From: Eledone cirrhosa
Taxonomy: Eukaryota
NCBI GenBank assembly: GCA_964016885.1
Contig: OZ024753.1
Span: forward strand, 44,826,001-44,890,000
Reading direction: 5' to 3'
DNA length: 64,000 nucleotides
Shown here piece by piece: positions 57,390 to 64,000 of this stretch; the stretch's first letter is position 1; every line of letters begins with the position of its first letter. Both the position numbers and the translations under genes were made by a program. The notes beneath the pieces were generated by a model that did no database searches, had not been told where the DNA came from, and saw only the letters and a program-made list of their open reading frames with translations.

Positions 57390-57575
57390 TGTGGATTGGC
57401 AGTATCGGTAGGGGGTCGGACGACATGCTTTGACGCATAGAGTTACGGCCCTTGCCATTCTGAGTTCAAATCCTGCCGAGGTTAACTTTGCCTTTCATCC
57501 TTATGGGGTCGATAAAATAAAGTACCAGTAATACACTGGGTAATTGCTGGTCTTGTGCCAAAAGTAGAAACAATT
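57390..57575 (+). mobile_element. SINE
   Basis: gtggattggcagtatcggtag...gagttcaaatcc...gtcgataaaataaagtaccagt. Confidence 0.85.
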
Positions 57576-57664
57576 TTTAGCATATATATATAGAGAGAGA
57601 GAGAGAGGGAGAGAGAGAGAGAGAGGGAGAGAGAGAGAATTACTGTAAACTTTAAAATATGTGG

Positions 57665-57718
<54 letters not shown>

Positions 57719-58034
57719 ACATGCGTGTTTTTGTTGGCACACCTTCAGCTAGTCAACCAGGTGAAACAGTTGTGTGTATAATAACCGTCTTCAGAGAAGA
57801 AAAATATCATATCAGCCAAAAGATATACTAAAGTTTATCAATATTATTATCAATATTATTATCAGCAATTTGATTTGCAATACAAGAAGTGTAAGTTGTG
57901 GAGGGATTAGCAATGTTGACAGCAACTTGAAAGTGAATGAAAAGTTTTATTAGAAACCAAAGTGAGAATATTAACAAATACATGTGAGAGGGTGGATGTG
58001 ACTGTATAGACAGGGGTGGATGGGATTGTGGATA

Positions 58035-58077
58035 TGACTGGCTGTATATATATATATATATATATGGGGGTGACTGG

Positions 58078-58111
<34 letters not shown>

Positions 58112-58121
58112 GGGTGACTAG

Positions 58122-58199
<78 letters not shown>

Positions 58200-58273
58200 G
58201 GGTGACTAGTTGTATATATATATATGGGGGTGACTGGCTGTATATATATATATATATATATGGGGGTGACTAG

Positions 58274-58325
<52 letters not shown>

Positions 58326-58500
58326 TAATAATATATATATATAGTATAATAATTAGTATACTTCAATCTGGCTAAATTTTTCTTTCGCAATATATATACA
58401 GATGTGTTGGTATCTGTGTTTCATCACATACATATTAATTTATATTAATTTATATATATATATATATATATGGGGGTGACTAGCTGTATATATATATATA
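58035..58500. repeat. tgggggtgactRgctg motif separated by variable (TA)n, ~7 copies
   Basis: Direct reading of the sequence. Confidence 0.9.
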
Positions 58501-58727
58501 GGTGACAATGTATCTGTGAAATAATAAAAAGGGACAACATCAATTGATCATATATAGAAGAATGTGTTGCTAAAATATTGGTGAAGGGGGGGGGGGGCTA
58601 AAAAGCAATCAATCAAGTGAACCGAGTGATGTTCTGGGAATTGTGTCAAAGAAGGCAGAACCAAAGAAGAAAAATGGTAAAGACAGCAAAAAACAACATC
58701 ACATACTTCTAATAATAATTAGTAAGA

Positions 58728-59732
58728 GTGTGATTGTGTCTGGGAGAGAGGGTGATTGTGTGTGAGAGAGAGGGTGATTGTGTGTGAGAGAGAGAGAGAG
58801 AGAGAGGGAGATTGTGTGTGAGAGAGAGAGATTGTGTGTGAGAGAGAGAGATTGTGTGTGAGAGAGAGGGTGATTGTGTGTGAGAGAGAGGGAGATTTTG
58901 TGTGCGTGTGTGTGTGTGAGAGAGAGAGAGAGATTGTGTGTGAGAGAGAGGGTGATTGTGTGAGAGAGAGAGAGATTGTGTGTGAGAGAGAGAGATTGAG
59001 AGAGAGAGAGAGAGATTGAGAGAGAGAGAGAGAGAGATTGAGAGAGAGAGAGAGAGATTGTGTGCGAGAGAGAGGGAGATGGTGTGTGAGAGAGAGGGAG
59101 ATTGTGTCTGTGAGAGAGAGAGGGGGAGATTGTGTGTGTGAGAAAGAGAGGAGATTGTGTCTGTGTGAGAGAGAGGGGGGGAGATTGTGTCTGTGTGAGA
59201 GAGAGAGAGGGGGGAGGTTGTGTCTGTGTGAGAGAGTGAGAGAGGGAGATTGTGTCTGTGTGAGAGAGAGAGAGAGGGAGGTTGTGTCTGTGTGAGAGAG
59301 AGAGGGGGGAGGTTGTGTCTGTGTGAGAGAGAGAGAGGGGGGAGGTTGTGTCTGTGTGAGAGAGAGAGAGAGGGAGGTTGTGTCTGTGTGAGAGAGAGAG
59401 GGGGGAGGTTGTGTCTGTGTGAGAGAGAGAGAGGGGGGAGGTTGTGTCTGTGTGAGAGAGAGGGGGGAGATTGTGTCTGTGTGAGAGAGAGAGAGGGAGA
59501 TTGTGTCTGTGTGAGAGAGAGAGAGAGGAAGATTGTGTCTGTGTGAGAGAGAGAGAGGGAGAGTGTGTCTGTGAGAGAGAGAGAGAGAGGGGGGTAGATT
59601 GTGTCTGTGAGAGAGAGAGAGGGGGGGGAGGTTGTGTCTGTGTGAGAGAGAGAGAGAGGGGGGGAGGTTGTGTCTGTGAGAGAGAGAGAGAGGGGGGGAG
59701 GTTGTGTCTGTGTCTGTGAGAGAGAGAGAGTG
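58728..59732. repeat. Compound (GA)n-GG-TTGTGTCTGTGT minisatellite
   Basis: ~30 bp variable unit gattgtgtctgtgtgagagagagaggggga. Confidence 0.95.
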
Positions 59733-59761
59733 ACTAAGGCTGACTCAGAGAGTTGACTTAC

Positions 59762-59827
59762 AGCAATTGTTGATAGTGTAGACAATGGAGTGTCTCAGGA
59801 CACTTCTGTGATATTGATAGAAGGGCA
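59762..59827 (-). other. Candidate 66 nt exon upstream of the terminal exon
   Basis: Acceptor ctctctctttcag| and donor |gtaagt; phase 0 reads CPSINITEVS*, the other two frames are open. Confidence 0.35.
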
Positions 59828-60036
59828 CTGAAAGAGAGAGGGAGCTGTTGTGAGAAGTTAATCAGGACAACAACAGTTGTTTCCAGAATTGGTAGAGTGT
59901 CGGACATCCTGCTTCACAGCATAGAGTTAAGACCCTTTACATTGTACCATCCTGTGCTGTCCTAAATGTATTTTTATGTAAACACTGTGTGGTTCAATAA
60001 AGAAATTATTATCATTATTAGTAGTAGTAGTATTAC

Positions 60037-60230
60037 AGTGGATTGGCAGTATCGGTAGAGGGTCGGACGCCATGCTTTGCAGCAAAGAGTTACGGCCCTT
60101 TACGGTCTGAGTTCAAATCCCGCCAAGGTTAACTTTGCCTTTCATCGTTACAGGGTCGATAAAATAAAGTTCCAGTAATGCACTGGGATAATTGCTGGCC
60201 TTGTGCCTAAAGTAGAAACAATTATTATTA
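60037..60230 (+). mobile_element. SINE
   Basis: Same family as 57390. Confidence 0.85.
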
Positions 60231-60723
60231 TTACACAGAGGTATACATAGCAAAGAGAAATGTTGTTGTAGTTTTATTGCAGGAGAAATAATATAAACAT
60301 GTTATGTACATTGTAAATGTTGGTGTTTGGAAGTGCATCCAGCTGTAGAAACCTAGCCAGAAACAGTTCTGTATGAGCAAGACACGGTCATTGTATCTGG
60401 CTTTGTCTCACAATGGGGGACAACTCGTCTAACCCATGCTAGTGTGGAAAACTGAACATTAAATGATGATGATGAAACATATATAAATGTAACTCTGCCA
60501 TAACTTGTCCTAAGCCAGATTGAAAAAGGAGGAAGGTTGGGTGTAGGGCAGAAACAACTGAGGTTCATTGCCATGAGGCTGGAGGACCCAGATGACCAAA
60601 TGACAGATATATGAAGGGACATCTAGTTATATAACATTGATATAATAAAGGACTCCATGGTAAGTATACAGGTTGTCATGGGGACTGCAACACTAACCCC
60701 TATTCTAGCCGAGAGGAACAGCC

Positions 60724-60983
60724 TTAACCCTTTAACATTTACATTACTCTATATTTACTATTGCTTTCATTGTAAACACTTTACCTCACATAATATTGAA
60801 TCTACGAGAGTTTGATATTATTTATTGAGAACATTATCTTAACATCAGTATGAGTGACCAGTTACGGCCAGTTTAAATGTTAAAGGGTTAACATAAGTAT
60901 GAGCAGCTGTTCCGGCTGGTTTAAACAGAACGGGGTGAGAGAATTCTGGCCAGATACGGCCAGTTTAAATGGTGAAGGGTTAA
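60724..60983. mobile_element. piggyBac-like MITE with duplicated right TIR
   Basis: ttaa-ccctttaacattt ... aaatgttaaaggg-ttaa (60891) and aaatggtgaaggg-ttaa (60983). Confidence 0.7.
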
Positions 60984-61139
60984 AACAGTATATTGCAGGA
61001 GAAGGACATAGTCGTTAATCATGAAAGAGAAATAATCATTAAGTCTATTTCACTACAATGAGGGGGAAGTTGATTATTTTCAATCTATATTGTAAATATT
61101 AGCAGTCTTCAACAGTGTAGCTAATCAATATATCTTGTA

Positions 61140-64000
61140 ACAGTGGTGTGTTGTAGTGTACACTGTGTTATGGGGAGTGTGTAGTAGTGTAGATGTGTAC
61201 ACTGTGTTATAGTTAGTGTGTTGTAGTGTACACTGTGTTATGAGGAGTGTGTAGTAGTTTAGATGTGTTAAGGGTAGTAGGTACATTGTATTATGGGGAG
61301 TGTGTAGTAATATAGATGTGTACACTGTGTTATGGTTACTGTGTAGTAGTATAGATGTGTACACTGTGTTATGGTTAGTGTGTAATAGTGTATATGTGTA
61401 CACTGTGTTATGATTAGTGTGTAGTAGTGTAGATGCGTACACTGTGTTATGGTTAGTGTGTAGTAGTGTAGATGTGTACACTATGTTATAGTTAGTGTGT
61501 AGTAGTATAGATGTGTACACTGTGTTATGGTTAGTGTGTAGTAGTATAGATGTGTACACTGTGTTATAGTTAGTGTGTAGTAGTGTAGATGTGTACACTG
61601 TGTTATGGTTAGTGTGTAGTAGTATAGATGTGTACACTGTGTTATGGTTAGTGTGTAGTAGTGTAGATGTGTACACTGTGTTATGGTTAGTGTGTAGTAG
61701 TATAGATGTGTACACTGTGTTATGGTTAGTGTGTAGTAGTGTAGATGTGTACACTGTGTTATAGTTAGTGTGTAGTAGTGTAGATGTGTACACTGTGTTA
61801 TAGTTAGTGTGTAGTAGTGTAGTAGTGTAGATGTGTACACTGTGTTATAGTTAGTGTGTAGTAGTGTAGATGTGTACACTGTGTTATATATAGTGTGTAG
61901 TAGTATAGATGTGTACACTGTGTTATGGTTAGTGTGTAGTAGTGTAGATGTGTACACTGTGTTATGGTTAGTGTGTAGTAGTATAGATGTGTACACTGTG
62001 TTATGGTTAGTGTGTAGTAGTGTAGATGTGTACACTGTGTTATAGTTAGTGTGTAGTAGTGTAGATGTGTACACTGTGTTATGGTTAGTGTGTAGTAGTA
62101 TAGATGTGTACACTGTGTTATATATAGTGTAGTAGTGTAGATGTGTACACTGTGTTATGGTTAGTGTGTAGTAGTATAGATGTGTACACTGTGTTATGGT
62201 TAGTGTAGTAGTGTAGATGTGTACACTGTGTTATGGTTAGTGTGTAGTAGTGTAGTAGTGTAGATGTGTACACTGTGTTATAGTTAGTGTGTAGTAGTGT
62301 AGATGTGTACACTGTGTTATAGTTAGTGTGTAGTAGTGTAGTAGTGTAGATGTGTACACTGTGTTATAGTTAGTGTGTAGTAGTGTAGTAGTGTAGATGT
62401 GTACACTGTGTTATAGTTAGTGTGTAGTAGTGTAGTAGTGTAGATGTGTACACTGTGTTATAGTTAGTGTGTAGTAGTGTAGATGTGTACACTGTGTTAT
62501 AGTTAGTGTGTAGTAGTGTAGATGTCTACACTGTGTTATAGTTAGTGTGTAGTAGTGTAGTAGTATAGATGTGTACACTGTGTTATGGTTAGTGTGTAGT
62601 AGTGTAGATGTGTACACTGTGTTATGGTTAGTGTGTAGTAGTGTAGATGTGTACACTGTGTTATGGTTAGTGTGTAGCAGTGTAGATGTGTACACTGTGT
62701 TATGGTTAGTGTGTAGTAGTATAGATGTGTACACTGTGTTATAGTTAGTGTGTAGCAGTGTAGATGTGTACACTGTGTTATGGTTAGTGTGTAGTAGTGT
62801 AGATGTGTACACTGTGTTATAGTTAGTGTGTAGTAGTGTAGATGTGTACACTGTGTTATGGTTAGTGTGTAGTAGTGTAGATGTGTACACTGTGTTATGG
62901 TTAGTGTGTAGTAGTATAGATGTGTACACTGTGTTATAGTTAGTGTGTAGTAGTATAGATGTGTACACTGTGTTATGGTTAGTGTGTAGCAGTGTAGATG
63001 TGTACACTGTGTTATGGTTAGTGTGTAGTAGTGTAGATGTGTACACTGTGTTATGGTTAGTGTGTAGTAGTGTAGATGTGTACACTGTGTTATGGTTAGT
63101 GTCTAGTAGTGTAGATGTGTACACTGTGTTATAGTTAGTGTGTAGTAGTGTAGATGTGTACAGTGTTATGGTTAGTGTGTAGCAGTGTAGATGTGTACAC
63201 TGTGTTATAGTTAGTGTGTAGTAGTGTAGATGTGTACACTGTGTTATGGTTAGTGTGTAGTAGTGTAGATGTGTACACTGTGTTATGGTTAGTGTGTAGT
63301 AGTGTAGATGTGTACACTGTGTTATGGTTAGTGTGTAGTAGTATAGATGTGTACACTGTGTTATGGTTAGTGTGTAGTAGTGTAGATGTGTACACTGTGT
63401 TATAGTTAGTGTGTAGTAGTGTAGATGTGTACACTGTGTTATAGTTAGTGTGTAGTAGTGTAGTAGTGTAGATGTGTACACTGTGTTATAGTTAGTGTGT
63501 AGTAGTGTAGATGTGTACACTGTGTTATATATAGTGTGTAGTAGTATAGATGTGTACACTGTGTTATGGTTAGTGTGTAGTAGTGTAGATGTGTACACTG
63601 TGTTATGGTTAGTGTGTAGTAGTATAGATGTGTACACTGTGTTATGGTTAGTGTGTAGTAGTGTAGATGTGTACACTGTGTTATAGTTAGTGTGTAGTAG
63701 TGTAGATGTGTACACTGTGTTATGGTTAGTGTGTAGTAGTATAGATGTGTACACTGTGTTATATATAGTGTAGTAGTGTAGATGTGTACACTGTGTTATG
63801 GTTAGTGTGTAGTAGTATAGATGTGTACACTGTGTTATGGTTAGTGTATAGTAGTGTAGATGTGTACACTGTGTTATGGTTAGTGTGTAGTAGTGTAGTA
63901 GTGTAGATGTGTACACTGTGTTATAGTTAGTGTGTAGTAGTGTAGATGTGTACACTGTGTTATAGTTAGTGTGTAGTAGTGTAGTAGTGTAGATGTGTAC
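61140..64000. repeat. 39 bp minisatellite, ~70 copies, running off the window end
   Basis: Unit tagtgtgtagtagtgtagatgtgtacactgtgttatggt; 13-aa periodicity; variants with a +8 bp insert. Confidence 0.97.

Noticed and set aside
57760-57796. ctgaaga plus hairpin on the minus strand
   Set aside because: Followed by tttc rather than GAAA; no valid core.
61125-63955. Repetitive YTSTLLHTNHNTV ORFs
   Set aside because: 39 bp minisatellite with frequent frameshifting +8 bp variants.

Overview
AT-rich, microsatellite-saturated animal genomic DNA. The SINE/RTE repertoire suggests a cephalopod, probably Octopus (inference). Nearly all long ORFs in the track are translations of (TA)/(TG)/(CA), (CAC) and minisatellite repeats, not genes. 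Real content: (1) one well-supported terminal coding exon on the minus strand (56704-56838, tentatively dystrobrevin-like) plus a few candidate exons. (2) A recent ~10-11 kb direct segmental duplication (about 12.2-22.1 kb and 42.5-53.55 kb), separated by ~20 kb of expanded dinucleotide satellite. (3) Inside each duplicate, a ~6-7 kb diverged nested palindrome; each arm carries NRF1/YY1-type motifs and a splice donor, and in copy 1 both arms also keep an acceptor and AATAAA pointing inward to a central hairpin. (4) Several type I hammerhead ribozyme motifs, probably from Penelope-like elements, sharing a non-canonical U-U pair at the base of stem II, plus palindromes that retain only the 3' half of the hammerhead core. 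(5) Many SINEs, RTE/CR1/CRE LINE remnants, MITEs and minisatellites.
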